This document shows, in pieces, positions 10,035 to 20,699 of a stretch of DNA of 64,000 nucleotides (positions are counted from its first letter, which is position 1; each line of letters starts with the position of its first letter). Source of the stretch: Candidatus Cloacimonadales bacterium (GTDB lineage: Bacteria; Cloacimonadota; Cloacimonadia; Cloacimonadales; JAFGVF01); the NCBI GenBank assembly GCA_963677495.2, contig CAXXOU010000004.1, positions 384,001 to 448,000 of the forward strand, given 5' to 3'. The notes below the pieces were generated by a model. The model had not been told where the DNA came from. It did not search any database and saw only the letters and a list, made by a program, of their open reading frames with translations. The position numbers were made by a program, and so were the translations under genes.

Positions 10035-11096
10035 ATGCTTGATATTCAAGATAAAACTATACGTTTAAGTGAGAATCTGGACAGAAAAAATGTTCCGGAA
10101 TATTTCTCACAATTAGAAAAAATAAAGGTTATCCCTACTCAAGTTGATCTTTCTGGAGTAACTACTATTGATAGTTCGGGTGTAGCGTTCATAGATACTA
10201 TTATGGAAAGGTACCCCGATGTGATAATTATTGAAGGCAATGACAAAGTTAAGGAAGCTTTAAAGGTTTTCTCATTCACCGGTTATAATAGTGATGAAAC
10301 TATCCAGCGAGTTGGATTCTTTGAAAGGCTTGGAGCTAAGATATATGATACTAAGGAAGATGTTACTGATTTACTATTCCTTGCCTCGGATATAGTATTC
10401 TGGTCCTTCCACGATCTATTTAGCAAAAAAGGGCAACGTAAAGGTTCATTTACTCAGCAATGTCTTTTACTTGGATTGGATGCTGTAGGTATAATAAGCT
10501 TGTTATCAATGATTCTTGGTTTCATTATGGCTATTCAATCCGGTAATCAATTAAGACAGTTTGGAGCAAGTGTATTTCTTGCAGATATGCTTTCAGTTAC
10601 TCTTGTAAATGAGTTAGGTCCAATCTTGACTGCTATTATCATTGCCGGTAGAAGTGGTTCATCGATAGCATCTGAACTAGCTAGTATGCAGGTTATGGAG
10701 GAGATTGATGCTTTGAAGATAATGGCAATAAATCCGATCAGATTTGTGATAGTCCCTAAGTTTCATGCAATCACTGTGTGTATGCCAATTCTCCTCATGA
10801 TTAGTATAGTCGTATCTTTGGGTGCTGGACTTGTTGTCGGTATCACATTCTTAGGGTTGAGTCCGGTTACTTTCTTTGATCGGGCTATTGAGATCCTTGA
10901 TGTTAGAGATGTACTTGTAAGTTTTGTTAAAACAACTTTCTTTGCCTGGGTTATCGTTATTATTGGTAGCCATATGGGCTTGAAAGTTAAAGGTGGGGCA
11001 GAAGGTGTAGGAAAAGCAACAACTGATTCTGTTGTTACCTCCATTTTTGCTGTAATTGTGCTTGATGCACTATTTAGCTTTATATACTTAGTATGA
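10035..11096 (+). CDS. mlaE: STAS-MlaE fusion permease
   Basis: DLSGVTTIDSSG STAS motif; ELGPILTAIIIAGRSGS, EEIDALKIM, GGAEGVGKATT. Confidence 0.9.
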   Translation: MLDIQDKTIRLSENLDRKNVPEYFSQLEKIKVIPTQVDLSGVTTIDSSGVAFIDTIMERYPDVIIIEGNDKVKEALKVFSFTGYNSDETIQRVGFFERLGAKIYDTKEDVTDLLFLASDIVFWSFHDLFSKKGQRKGSFTQQCLLLGLDAVGIISLLSMILGFIMAIQSGNQLRQFGASVFLADMLSVTLVNELGPILTAIIIAGRSGSSIASELASMQVMEEIDALKIMAINPIRFVIVPKFHAITVCMPILLMISIVVSLGAGLVVGITFLGLSPVTFFDRAIEILDVRDVLVSFVKTTFFAWVIVIIGSHMGLKVKGGAEGVGKATTDSVVTSIFAVIVLDALFSFIYLV

Positions 11097-11839
11097 TGAA
11101 TAAACAACCAATAATAGAAGTAAAAGACTTAGTAGCCAAGTATGGTGAGAAAACAATTCTAGATGGAATTACTGTGAACTTCTACCCGAATGAAGTTACA
11201 GTTATACTTGGTGGTAGTGGCTGCGGAAAATCTACATTATTAAAAAACATTCTAAGAATGTATGAACCCCATAGTGGTAGCGTAAAGATGTTTGGAGAAG
11301 AAGTTACTCAACTAGAGACTGATGATTTCGAAAAGGTGCTTAAGCGAATTGGCATGCTTTTTCAATCGGGTTCACTTATAAACTCAATCCCGGTTTGGGA
11401 TAATCTGGCAATTCCATTAGAGCAACATACTAAGATACCTTTTACTGTTATGGATAAAATGATTCGTACAAAGCTTCACTTGGTTCACTTAGATCATGCT
11501 GTACAACTTTTGCCTTCTGAGCTTTCGGGTGGTATGATTAAAAGAGCAGGGCTAGCTCGTTCAATTATCCTTGATCCTGAAATCCTCTTTTGTGATGAAC
11601 CATCAGCCGGTCTTGATCCTCTAACTAGTGAATCTTTGGATAATCTAATCCTGGAACTTAAAAAGCAAATGAATATGAGTATCATTGTTGTTACACATGA
11701 GCTTGCTTCCATACACAGAATTGCAGATAAGGTAATCTTTCTTGATAAAGGTAAGATGTTGTTTCATGGTCCTCTTGAGGATGCAAAGAAAAGTGGTATC
11801 AAAGAAATTGAAACTTTCTTCAATGCCGGTAAATTCTAG
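11093..11839 (+). CDS. mlaF: MlaF-type ABC ATPase
   Basis: GGSGCGKS, PSELSGGM, CDEPSAGLDP. Confidence 0.88.
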   Translation: MMNKQPIIEVKDLVAKYGEKTILDGITVNFYPNEVTVILGGSGCGKSTLLKNILRMYEPHSGSVKMFGEEVTQLETDDFEKVLKRIGMLFQSGSLINSIPVWDNLAIPLEQHTKIPFTVMDKMIRTKLHLVHLDHAVQLLPSELSGGMIKRAGLARSIILDPEILFCDEPSAGLDPLTSESLDNLILELKKQMNMSIIVVTHELASIHRIADKVIFLDKGKMLFHGPLEDAKKSGIKEIETFFNAGKF

Positions 11840-11852
11840 GTTAGCTGGTAAA

Positions 11853-12305
11853 CTAGATATTTTTTAAATCACCTAATAGATATTCCTTATCCTCAGCTTT
11901 ATCTATTGACTCAGCTTCTTTTTTACCTAAAGCAATATACTCATCTTTCTTAGTATTGTCACCAAGTACACTATATGCTCTTGCAACTGCTTCATATGCG
12001 AATGCTTTGTTAAAACCTGTCATATCATTGTCTACACAGATTTGTAAGGACCTTAAACCATGCTTTAATGCTGATTCACCCATCTTTGCGATTGCGTATA
12101 CTCTAGAAACCTGCCATTCTCCGGTATAAATCTGTGTTGGCCCTCCAATCTGCATCCAATGGTACAAAGATGCATGAGCCATGTGAATCATCTCTAAATC
12201 TTGTTCAGGAGTTCTATCTGTCTTATCGATATATTCCCAAGTTCCATTAAATAGATTAACTGCAAAATACTTATGAATTTTTTCCATTTTAGCTTTATCT
12301 GCCAT
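11853..12305 (-). CDS. Conserved hypothetical helical protein
   Basis: GGAGG RBS; protein-like composition (AHASLYHW, EWQVSRVY). Confidence 0.75.
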   Translation of the reverse strand: MADKAKMEKIHKYFAVNLFNGTWEYIDKTDRTPEQDLEMIHMAHASLYHWMQIGGPTQIYTGEWQVSRVYAIAKMGESALKHGLRSLQICVDNDMTGFNKAFAYEAVARAYSVLGDNTKKDEYIALGKKEAESIDKAEDKEYLLGDLKNI

Positions 12306-12401
12306 GTTTTCCTCCTATTAGGATTTCTTTATAACTTTATGTAAGTGTATCTGTTTGCACTTATTATAGTCATTATATTACAAGTTCAAGGAGAAATACA
12401 G

Positions 12402-12902
12402 TTATCTAAGATTCAGAATCTTCTCAACGACCCATTGAGCTATTTCTCCTGTTAAAACGGCACATTTATCACCAAGATTACATTTAAATTCTTTAGATTC
12501 CTCAGCGTTCCAGAAGCTCCATTTTTTTCCTGTGAATTCAGTTTGGTAATCATGACAAGAGTGGCCATTATAACGCTCATTGAAAGTGTCGTAAAGTTCC
12601 TTTGAGTATTGGAAACTCTTAAAGAACCTTCCAGAGCTAAACCCATTTTCTTCTCTTCCACGACCAAAATGAGCACCAAGAGCCAATTGCCCACCGGCCA
12701 GAGCTCCACATGTACCTGCTCCTGCAAGCCCACCTCCACCGGAAAGTGCATGTGCTGCCATAATAACAGTGTTATCTATTCCTCCCACAGTCTCTTGCAC
12801 AGCAGCAAGTACGCACTGTGGACAGCAACCGTATTTCAGATCATAATCATATGCTATCTTGTAGGCCTTTTTCGCCAATGCCTGCTTCTGTCCCTTTTCC
12901 AT
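12402..12902 (-). CDS. C-GCAxxG-C-C family redox protein
   Basis: GCCPQCV, GTCGALAGG, SC and C-terminal C. Confidence 0.85.
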   Translation of the reverse strand: MEKGQKQALAKKAYKIAYDYDLKYGCCPQCVLAAVQETVGGIDNTVIMAAHALSGGGGLAGAGTCGALAGGQLALGAHFGRGREENGFSSGRFFKSFQYSKELYDTFNERYNGHSCHDYQTEFTGKKWSFWNAEESKEFKCNLGDKCAVLTGEIAQWVVEKILNLR

Positions 12903-13022
12903 CTGATACTCCTGTTTTTTTGTATTCCGAACAAATATCCAGATTCGTTAAATGTCAAGTTTACTTTGACAGAATTACATAACTATTATTAACTAAACTA
13001 AAATGTATTACGAGGAATTGAA

Positions 13023-13700
13023 ATGCTTAAACTAGCTTTAGATACAACTTCTTCATCCGGGAGTATTGCAATTGCGAAGGACGATAAGATAATATATGAG
13101 AAGTACTTTAACATAAACATTACTCATTCTGAAACACTAATGCCTAGTATTGATGCTGCTTTAACTGAACTAAAGCTGGCAAAAAAAGATATTGATGAAT
13201 TGATTGTATGTAAAGGTCCCGGTTCTTTCACAGGAATTCGAATTGGTATGGCTACAGCAAAAGGTATTGCATACGGTTTAAACTGTCCTGTAAAAGCTTT
13301 TACATCATTAGAACTTACAGCTGCAAACCTTATTAATAGTGATCTCCCTATTTTAAGTTTTATTGATGCGCGCATGAAAGAAGTCTATGCAGTACTTTAT
13401 GACAATGCATTGAAACCTATTATTGAACCCGGTTGCTACTTGCCGGCTGATATTATTAACAGAATAGATCAACCTGTTTATGTTGTTGGTAGTGGTGTTG
13501 AGCCATATGGAGAACTTTTGCTTGCGAATCTGAACATTAAACTAGCACCAATACATCTGCAAATTGCTCGGGCAAGTTCTCTCTTTACTCTGGATAAGTT
13601 GTTCCCGGAGACCGGTGATTATAATATCGAAAAGCTTTTCAAGTTAGAACCTGAATACATGCGATTATCACAAGCTGAGATGTCCAAGAAGAGCAAATGA
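13023..13700 (+). CDS. tsaB: tRNA t6A biosynthesis protein TsaB
   Basis: LALDTT, HSETLMP, GPGSFTGIRIG, DARMKEVY. Confidence 0.94.
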   Translation: MLKLALDTTSSSGSIAIAKDDKIIYEKYFNINITHSETLMPSIDAALTELKLAKKDIDELIVCKGPGSFTGIRIGMATAKGIAYGLNCPVKAFTSLELTAANLINSDLPILSFIDARMKEVYAVLYDNALKPIIEPGCYLPADIINRIDQPVYVVGSGVEPYGELLLANLNIKLAPIHLQIARASSLFTLDKLFPETGDYNIEKLFKLEPEYMRLSQAEMSKKSK

Positions 13701-14179
13701 AGCCAACTTTTGCAATCATTGTTGCTGTTGATAGAAACAACCTTATAGGTGACGGGCATTCAATGCCATGGAGTATTCCGGAAGATTTGGCATATTTCAA
13801 AAAGACTACAATGGGACATCCTATCGTTATGGGGCGTAAAACCTATGAATCTATCGGTAAACCACTTCCCGGCCGTAAAAATATAGTCTTAAGTTCTAAT
13901 ATTCCTCAAAAAAAGGGTTTTATCATTTGTAGAGCAATTGAAGATTTAGTTAGTTATGTTGAGCATGCTGATTTAGTTTTTATCATTGGTGGTGCATCCG
14001 TATATAATCAGTTTATTGAAAAGGCTGATTTACTATATATAACTCGTATTGATGCTGAGTTCGAAGGATCAGTTTTTTTCTCTAACATAAACTATGACAA
14101 TTGGATGTTAACATCTAAGAAAAATATAATTTCTAAATACCCTCTTAGTTTCGAAATCTATAGAAAGAGATGTAAATAA
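13697..14179 (+). CDS. folA: Dihydrofolate reductase
   Basis: MPWSIPEDLAYFK, MGRKTYESIGKPLPGRKN, IIGGA. Confidence 0.95.
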   Translation: MKPTFAIIVAVDRNNLIGDGHSMPWSIPEDLAYFKKTTMGHPIVMGRKTYESIGKPLPGRKNIVLSSNIPQKKGFIICRAIEDLVSYVEHADLVFIIGGASVYNQFIEKADLLYITRIDAEFEGSVFFSNINYDNWMLTSKKNIISKYPLSFEIYRKRCK

Positions 14180-14234
14180 CATTGTCATTTAGTTTTATGT
14201 GGTGTAATCACTGTATACAGAAAAGCTATAAATG

Positions 14235-14260
14235 AAAAAAGGGAACCATTACCGGTTCCC
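14235..14260 (-). terminator. Intrinsic terminator
   Basis: GGGAACC/GGTTCCC stem followed by U6 on minus strand. Confidence 0.7.
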
Positions 14261-14282
14261 AAATTAATTTTGACCTTCTCAA

Positions 14283-14639
14283 TTATTTAAGAATAACTGT
14301 CTTTTTCTTTGAAATATAACGCTGATTAAGTGTTACATTAACTTCATACTTACCGGCCGCAAGGTAACTACCATCTGAACCATAGCGGTCAAGCACAAAG
14401 ACCATCTCACCTTTTTGCACATCTCCTCTGTAGAATGAGTCAACTAAAACACCATCTTCATTGTACATATCTATTGAAGCATTACCAGCTTCGTTAAAGT
14501 CTACAATAAGTGTAGCAGTTGTTTTGTATTCCTCAGGTTGTACATAGATGCTGACGCCTTCGTTACTAAATGAGACAGCAAGCAAACTTGCTGCAATAGC
14601 AACTAATACCATGAATACGATTCGTTTACTCCAAGACAT
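14283..14639 (-). CDS. Small secreted protein, essentially a single FlgD/CTD-like domain
   Basis: AAGGAG RBS, signal peptide, MYNEDGVLV..DGSYLAAGKY..KKKTVILK. Confidence 0.7.
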   Translation of the reverse strand: MSWSKRIVFMVLVAIAASLLAVSFSNEGVSIYVQPEEYKTTATLIVDFNEAGNASIDMYNEDGVLVDSFYRGDVQKGEMVFVLDRYGSDGSYLAAGKYEVNVTLNQRYISKKKTVILK

Positions 14640-14917
14640 CTTTATCTCCTTTATGTATCATCAATTTTTTCGCTTCACATATAATAATATGCAAGATATA
14701 TTCCAAGAAATAATAAAAGATTTCTATCCATATATCTCTTCTTACAAGACAATAATTATACAACTTACCAATTTTGGCAATAACTTTTTTCCAATTCAGC
14801 CAATTTTATTTTCTAAGCTAACCAAATACTCTATCGATTGAGCCAAGTTATTGTGCCTTAGTAGTATTACATTTTGTGGTTTATCAAGATTAGTTCGCAC
14901 TTTCTATACTCAAATCA

Positions 14918-15265
14918 ACAAAACGCAGTCATCCCACTGTTTTCCCACTGTGCACCCACTGTGCACCCACTGAAACAGTGGGTTGACAGTGCCTTCACAG
15001 TGCAGACACAGTGCAGGCACAGTGCGTTGATGGATAGAGTAGTTAAAGAGTGCAAAAAGGGCATTAAGTATAGCTAAGTAATTGTAAAATGCACTGTGTA
15101 TGTTTTTCTGGAGCTGTCGCAATAGCGACCGGAGGGAGATGGCGAATAGCGGAAATGGTGAATGTACATCACTATGAGTCAAATTCCCTTCGGTCGCTAT
15201 GACTCCAATGATGTAAGTCATTGCAAATTGCACTGCGTATCATATTTAGAATCAGTTACCACTTC
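14918..15265. repeat. ~345-bp dispersed repeat, copy A (11-bp CACTG/CAGTG array + REP-like hairpins)
   Basis: CACTG at 14935/46/57/68, CAGTG at 14976/87/98, 15009/20; aligns end-to-end with the reverse complement of 23244-23590. Confidence 0.9.
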
Positions 15266-15381
15266 AGAACTGTAAAGAGTTTATAGTTCTAACCATTTTT
15301 GAGTATTTCAGAGGTATGAAAGAATAAAATTTTTGTTAATTTGAGGATTGACCTTGACACAGAAAGAGTGATATATATTTA

Positions 15382-15395
15382 TACACTATAGTGTA
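15382..15395. promoter_or_regulatory. Perfect 14-bp palindrome, candidate PadR operator
   Basis: TACACTATAGTGTA between TTGACA (15354) and the PadR start. Confidence 0.5.
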
Positions 15396-15406
15396 ATAAA
15401 CAGTAG

Positions 15407-15796
15407 TTGGAGAAAAAATTGAAATTGTATAAGAATGTTGAGAAGACGCTTGATAGTTGGGATAAAGAGTTCAAAAAAGGACTTACCTCTTATATGATTT
15501 TGTTGCTCTTAAGAAATGGTAAGATGTATGGTTATGAGATAAAACAGCAACTTTGCCATTCCACAGAGGATAAATTAGACTTCAATGAGAGTGCAATATA
15601 TCAGATTTTAAAGAAACTCCAATCAAAAGGTTTTATTGATTCCGAATGGGGTGTTGCCGAGAAAGGACCTAAACGGAAGTACTATTCAATCACCAAGTCC
15701 GGCTTACAGCTTGTTTCTGTATTTACTAGAAACTTTATAATCCCAATGCGTAAGTCACTTGAAACAATTATGCCAAAAGGAAACGAAGATGAATAA
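15407..15796 (+). CDS. PadR family transcriptional regulator
   Basis: MYGYEI, IYQILKKL, GPKRKYYSITKSG; start codon uncertain. Confidence 0.88.
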   Translation: MEKKLKLYKNVEKTLDSWDKEFKKGLTSYMILLLLRNGKMYGYEIKQQLCHSTEDKLDFNESAIYQILKKLQSKGFIDSEWGVAEKGPKRKYYSITKSGLQLVSVFTRNFIIPMRKSLETIMPKGNEDE

Positions 15797-16904
15797 GATA
15801 AAGATGCCGGAATTAAAAATAGGCAATCTAGTTGCCAAAATACCAATTATTCAGGGTGGAATGGGAGTAGGAATATCTCTTTCCGGATTAGCCGCAGCAG
15901 TAGCTAATGAGGGAGGAATAGGTGTTATCTCAGCAGTTGGGCTAGGTATTGAGAAGTGTAAGTCAGTTATCAACTTCAGTGATTTAAACCAGAGATGTTT
16001 AAGAGAAGAAATTCGCAAAGCTCGAGATAAAAGCTCTGGTATAATCGGTGTTAATATCATGTATGCCCTCACAGACTTTGAAGATCTTATGAAAGTTAGC
16101 TTTGAAGAAGAGATAGACATTATCTTTATGGGAGCTGGTTTGCCGGTTGCTTTTCCTAAAGATATGGTTGAGAAGTATTTTTATTCAGATAAGACAAAAC
16201 TGGGTGTTATAGTATCTTCCGGTAGAGCTGCTAAACTGATTCTAAGAACCTGGTTAAGCAGATTTAACAGATTACCGGATGTAATTGTGGTTGAAGGTCC
16301 CCAAGCCGGTGGACACCTTGGTTTCAAGAAGGAACAAATTGATAATCCTGATTTTGCACTTGAAACTATTTTACCGGAAGTAATCAAGAATGTGAAAGAA
16401 TACAGTGCAAAGATAGGGAAAAAAATACCGGTTGTAGCTGGTGGTGGAGTTAATTCCGGAGAAGACATCTATAAAGTTATAGCACTTGGAGCCGATGGTG
16501 TTCAGATGGGTTCAAGATTTGTTGCAACAGATGAATGTGATGCAACTCAGGAGTTTAAAGAGCAATTTATCAGTTGCACGGAGGATGATATAGAGATTAT
16601 CAAGAGCCCTCTTGGTTTACCTGGTAGAGCAATTAAGAACAGTTTTCTGTCTGATGTTGCGTTAGGTAAAAAAGTTCCTTTCAAATGCCCATGGAAATGT
16701 TTGAAAACATGTGAGCTTGAAAAGGCTCCGTTCTGTATAGCTATGGCTCTAGCTAATGCTAAACTCGGAAGAATTAATCATGGTTTCGCTTTCTGTGGAG
16801 CTAAGACATACCTTATAAAGCAAATTCAATCTGTAAAGAGTCTCGTGTCAGACTTAGGTGATGGTTTTAGCAAGATCGTTAAAGAACTAGGCCCGATCAA
16901 GTAA
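15789..16904 (+). CDS. Nitronate monooxygenase/FabK-like flavoprotein
   Basis: PIIQGGMGVGIS, EGPQAGGHLG, GVQMGSRF; ATG overlaps padR end. Confidence 0.88.
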   Translation: MNKIKMPELKIGNLVAKIPIIQGGMGVGISLSGLAAAVANEGGIGVISAVGLGIEKCKSVINFSDLNQRCLREEIRKARDKSSGIIGVNIMYALTDFEDLMKVSFEEEIDIIFMGAGLPVAFPKDMVEKYFYSDKTKLGVIVSSGRAAKLILRTWLSRFNRLPDVIVVEGPQAGGHLGFKKEQIDNPDFALETILPEVIKNVKEYSAKIGKKIPVVAGGGVNSGEDIYKVIALGADGVQMGSRFVATDECDATQEFKEQFISCTEDDIEIIKSPLGLPGRAIKNSFLSDVALGKKVPFKCPWKCLKTCELEKAPFCIAMALANAKLGRINHGFAFCGAKTYLIKQIQSVKSLVSDLGDGFSKIVKELGPIK

Positions 16905-16924
16905 TATTGAATATAAATTGTTTT

Positions 16925-16950
16925 AAAGGGAGTCGATTGACTCCCTTTTT
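16925..16950 (+). terminator. Intrinsic terminator
   Basis: AAAGGGAGTC-GATT-GACTCCCTTTTT. Confidence 0.8.
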
Positions 16951-16962
16951 AACATGTCGTCG

Positions 16963-17095
16963 GTTCCGTTCATTTCGTTTCACTTTATTCAGCTTCTCTC
17001 AGGGTGACAAGATAATGCAACTTGCTTTTGCAAGTTCGGGTGCCCATACAGTCTTCCTGAGCGAAGTGAGTTTTGCGAACGTATCCGAAGGATCT
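16963..17095. repeat. REP-like inverted doublet (GTCxTCCTGAGCGAA...GAAGGATCT type)
   Basis: CTCAGGGTGAC ending 17008 inverted against GTCTTCCTGAG at 17051. Confidence 0.5.
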
Positions 17096-17243
17096 TGCCG
17101 ATAGCTTTAGCCTCCCAGTTACAGATTTACTTTAACTGATATTGTTTGAGCTAACAGCTAAAGTCACCATTTTATGATTAATTCCATTGACAGAAGAAAG
17201 CAATACTTAAGAAGTATTCAAAAAGCAACTAAGGAGATTTGGA

Positions 17244-17957
17244 ATGATAGCTTTAGGTGTAAACATTGACCATGTAGCAACAATTCGTCAAGCACGTCAG
17301 GGCATTGAACCTGAACCAATTTTTGCAGCACAGATTGCAGAGCAATCAGGTGCAGATCAGATTACTGTTCATCTTAGAGAAGATAGACGTCACATTCAAT
17401 ACCGAGATGTAAAGCTTCTAAGAGAACTTGTACAGACTAAACTAAATCTTGAAATGGCACCAACGATTGAGATGGTTACAATTGCAAAAGAATTGAAACC
17501 GGACACAGTTACTCTAGTTCCAGAGAAGAGGGAAGAAGTGACAACTGAAGGTGGACTTAACCTTGAAAAACCGGGATTAGATAAGGTTATCAACGATTTA
17601 AAAGAGGCCGGGATTGAAGTTAGTCTGTTTATCGAGCCTGATGTGAGTATGATTAAGCTTGGTGACAGATTAGGTGCAGATGCTATTGAGATTCATACTG
17701 GTGCATATGCAAATGCTAAATCTGACAATGATAGAAATGCAGAACTGCAGAGAATTAAGAAAGGTGCAAAGGTAGTAAAATCCAGTGGGATGCGTTGTGT
17801 TGCAGGGCATGGGATAAACTATAAGAATATCTATCCACTTTTGGATTTAGGAATATTTGAAGAATATAATATCGGTCATAGCATTATCTCAAGGGCTGTC
17901 TTCACAGGTTTGGAAGAAGCTGTGTCCGAAATGAAAGCTATAATTAATCAAGAATAA
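17244..17957 (+). CDS. pdxJ: Pyridoxine 5'-phosphate synthase
   Basis: LGVNIDHVATIRQAR, HLREDRRHI, TTEGGL, NIGHSII. Confidence 0.97.
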   Translation: MIALGVNIDHVATIRQARQGIEPEPIFAAQIAEQSGADQITVHLREDRRHIQYRDVKLLRELVQTKLNLEMAPTIEMVTIAKELKPDTVTLVPEKREEVTTEGGLNLEKPGLDKVINDLKEAGIEVSLFIEPDVSMIKLGDRLGADAIEIHTGAYANAKSDNDRNAELQRIKKGAKVVKSSGMRCVAGHGINYKNIYPLLDLGIFEEYNIGHSIISRAVFTGLEEAVSEMKAIINQE

Positions 17958-18027
17958 ATGATTCCTACTTGACTAATAATAAACAGAATTTTGATTGAAT
18001 TAAAATAAATACTCTTTGGAGGTTAGA

Positions 18028-19215
18028 ATGTTTGGAAAAATGAAAACTGATTTACGTACGACTCTCGATGGTCTTAAAGAAAAGGGACTCTATAAAGAGG
18101 AACGTATTATCACAAGCATGCAGCAGGCTGAGATTGAAGTTAATAATGACAAGAAAGTGCTTAACTTCTGCGCAAATAACTACCTCGGACTTGCTAACAA
18201 TCCTCAGGTTATTCAAGCTGCAAAAGATATGATGGATAGAAGAGGTTTCGGACTCTCTTCAGTTCGTTTTATTTGCGGTACACAGGATATACATCGTGAA
18301 CTCGAAAAGAAAGTTGCTACTTTCCTCGGACAAGAAGATGCAATTCTTTACGCTGCTTGCTTCGATGCAAACGGCGGTGTTTTTGAACCACTCTTAGAGA
18401 AAGATAGTGCTATAATCTCTGATGAACTTAACCACGCTTCTATTATCGATGGTGTTCGTCTTTGTAAAGCTCAGCGTTTCCGCTATAAACATGCTGATAT
18501 GGCTGACCTTGAACAGCAACTTATCGCTGCGAAAGATGCAACATATCGTATAGTTGTTACTGATGGTGTGTTCTCAATGGACGGAGATATGGCTAAGCTT
18601 GACCAGATCTGTGACCTTGCAGAGAAGTATGACGCGCTCGTGATGGTTGATGAATCTCATGCAACAGGTTACCTTGGTGCTACAGGTCGCGGTACTATTG
18701 AGCATTTCGGTGTGATGGATAGAGTTGATATTGTTACTACTACATTCGGTAAAGCTATGGGTGGCGGTAATGGTGGTTGCACAGCAGCCAGAAAAGAGAT
18801 TATTGAGATGCTTAGACAGCGTTCAAGACCTTATCTCTTCTCTAATACTCTCGCTCCTGCGATTGTTGGTGCTACTATGCAAGTTATCGATATGCTTGAA
18901 GCTTCAAGTGAACTTGTAAACAAAGTTAAAAGTAGTGCTGACTATTTCCGTACAGAGATGACAAAAGCAGGTTTTGACCTTGTTCCCGGTAACACAGCTA
19001 TCGTTTCTGTGATGTTCTACGATGAACCACTCGCTATCAAAGTTGCTGACCGTCTTCTTAAAGAAGGCATCTACGTTATCGGTTTCTGTTTCCCTGTTGT
19101 TCCAAGAGGAAAAGCAAGAATCCGTGTACAGATCTCAGCTGCTCATTCAAGAGAAGATATCCAGAAATGTATCGATGCATTTGTAAAAGTAAAAGCAGAG
19201 ATGGACGCAGAATAA
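18028..19215 (+). CDS. kbl: Glycine C-acetyltransferase (2-amino-3-ketobutyrate CoA ligase)
   Basis: [46 protein letters not shown] before ATG 18028. Confidence 0.95.
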   Translation: MFGKMKTDLRTTLDGLKEKGLYKEERIITSMQQAEIEVNNDKKVLNFCANNYLGLANNPQVIQAAKDMMDRRGFGLSSVRFICGTQDIHRELEKKVATFLGQEDAILYAACFDANGGVFEPLLEKDSAIISDELNHASIIDGVRLCKAQRFRYKHADMADLEQQLIAAKDATYRIVVTDGVFSMDGDMAKLDQICDLAEKYDALVMVDESHATGYLGATGRGTIEHFGVMDRVDIVTTTFGKAMGGGNGGCTAARKEIIEMLRQRSRPYLFSNTLAPAIVGATMQVIDMLEASSELVNKVKSSADYFRTEMTKAGFDLVPGNTAIVSVMFYDEPLAIKVADRLLKEGIYVIGFCFPVVPRGKARIRVQISAAHSREDIQKCIDAFVKVKAEMDAE

Positions 19216-19240
19216 GCTGATATCTTAAATACATTGAAAC

Positions 19241-19265
19241 GGGCACGAGCGATCGTGCCCATTTT
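19241..19265 (+). terminator. Intrinsic terminator
   Basis: GGGCACGA-GCGA-TCGTGCCC-ATTTT. Confidence 0.7.
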
Positions 19266-19404
19266 AACATAGATGATGTTTTCTCAAAATCACCTGCTTT
19301 TTGAAACGCTCTCCTCAGCTTTGAAGCTTTAATATGTAAAAAAGTACAATAGAAATAAACAACAGACGTAAGCTGGAATAGCTTTTAACTTCAAGTGTAG
19401 GCAC

Positions 19405-19430
19405 AAAAAAAGGACACCGTACGGTGTCCT
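19405..19430 (-). terminator. Intrinsic terminator
   Basis: AGGACACCG-TA-CGGTGTCCT followed by U-tract on minus strand. Confidence 0.75.
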
Positions 19431-19451
19431 AAATAAGAATCTAATCAGCCT

Positions 19452-20327
19452 TTATTTAACAAGGATAACTACATATTTGTTCTGAGCAAATGTCTCGAGG
19501 TCTGTTACTTTAAGAACAGATTCTGTTTCACTCATATCAGTGATAGCATAAGAAGCAGCGTTTTGGTCGGACATAACCTTAACTCTGTTCATAGTAGATG
19601 GAAGGATGATCTCATCACTATCAAGAAGGTTCATTTCTTGGAACATTGATGTGTCATAGTTCTTAGCTACGTCTGTAACTCTACCGAACCAAAGGAATCC
19701 ACCTTTCTTAGTTGCAAGACCTTTCTCAATAAGCTCTTTCTTTGTACCGATAACATAATAAACATTATATTTTGAACGGTGTTTACTTCTGATCTCTTCC
19801 TCTTTCTCAGAGATAGTTTTTTCTTTTGCTGCAATAGCAGTTTTGTGCTGAGCTCTTTCTGTCTGGATAGTAAGATTAAGCTTTTCAATCTGAGAGTTAA
19901 GCTCAATAATCATAGCTTCTTTCTCTTCGATTGTTTTCTGAAGTTGAGCAACCATTTTGTTCAATTTGTTGAAACGGATGTTCTTACCTTTAAGCTTCTT
20001 TTCAAGATCAGCAAGGTCTTTTTTGTAACCTTCGATCTGAGCATTGATGTCGCCGATAGCTTTCATCATGTGAGCTTTTCTTTCGCTTAAAGAAGCATCA
20101 CTAGGTACTTCAGTTTTCTTCATAATCTCTTTAACTGATTCAGGATTAATAGCATCCAGACTGCTCTGTATGTCACTGATAACAGTTGTAGCTTCTTCAT
20201 AAGAAGCGATGATTTGGTCTTTCTCTGCCATTACAGCAGTCTTTTCTTTCATTACGACTCCGAGATAAGCCCCGGCTGCAATTGTTGTGATTGCAAGGAT
20301 AATAGTTAAAACCTTGAATGCGTTCAT
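19452..20327 (-). CDS. Membrane-anchored coiled-coil protein (resembles Bacteroidota Cbp1-like proteins)
   Basis: N-terminal TM, long heptads, C-domain YYVIGTKKELIEKG..KGGFL. Confidence 0.7.
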   Translation of the reverse strand: MNAFKVLTIILAITTIAAGAYLGVVMKEKTAVMAEKDQIIASYEEATTVISDIQSSLDAINPESVKEIMKKTEVPSDASLSERKAHMMKAIGDINAQIEGYKKDLADLEKKLKGKNIRFNKLNKMVAQLQKTIEEKEAMIIELNSQIEKLNLTIQTERAQHKTAIAAKEKTISEKEEEIRSKHRSKYNVYYVIGTKKELIEKGLATKKGGFLWFGRVTDVAKNYDTSMFQEMNLLDSDEIILPSTMNRVKVMSDQNAASYAITDMSETESVLKVTDLETFAQNKYVVILVK

Positions 20328-20616
20328 TGTGTTCTCCTTGATTAGTTATATTTTTATGTCCTAATAATATCGCCAATACTTATAATATACCATAAATCCT
20401 AATGTCAAGCAAAATCTCTTTTGATTATTACTGTGAGAGCTAAGATTATTTTCTTCACTTTTCTGTCAATCTAACACTGTAATGATCTTATCTGGTAAAG
20501 TTACTAACCAAAACAAACCAATATAATGCTAAATTCATTTAAGATGTTATACCATTTTATGCGAGATTGAACATGTCTTTTTTTCTATGAAATGTGGCAT
20601 ACCAATGGCATTCTTG

Positions 20617-20699
20617 ACAACGGGTTGACCACGGGTAATCCACGGGTTGACCACGGCTTCTGTGGTTTGGGCGTGGATTACCCGTGGTTCAGCCGTGGT
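20617..20699. repeat. 11-bp phased inverted array (CCACGG / CCGTGG)
   Basis: ACGG at 20620/31/42/53; (C/T)GTGG at 20661/72/83/94; centre CCACGG-CTT-CTGTGG. Confidence 0.9.

Noticed and set aside
14874..15233. ORFs inside the 345-bp repeat (also 23275-23668)
   Set aside because: No RBS, and an 11-nt period is incompatible with a codon-phase repeat; read-through of non-coding repeats
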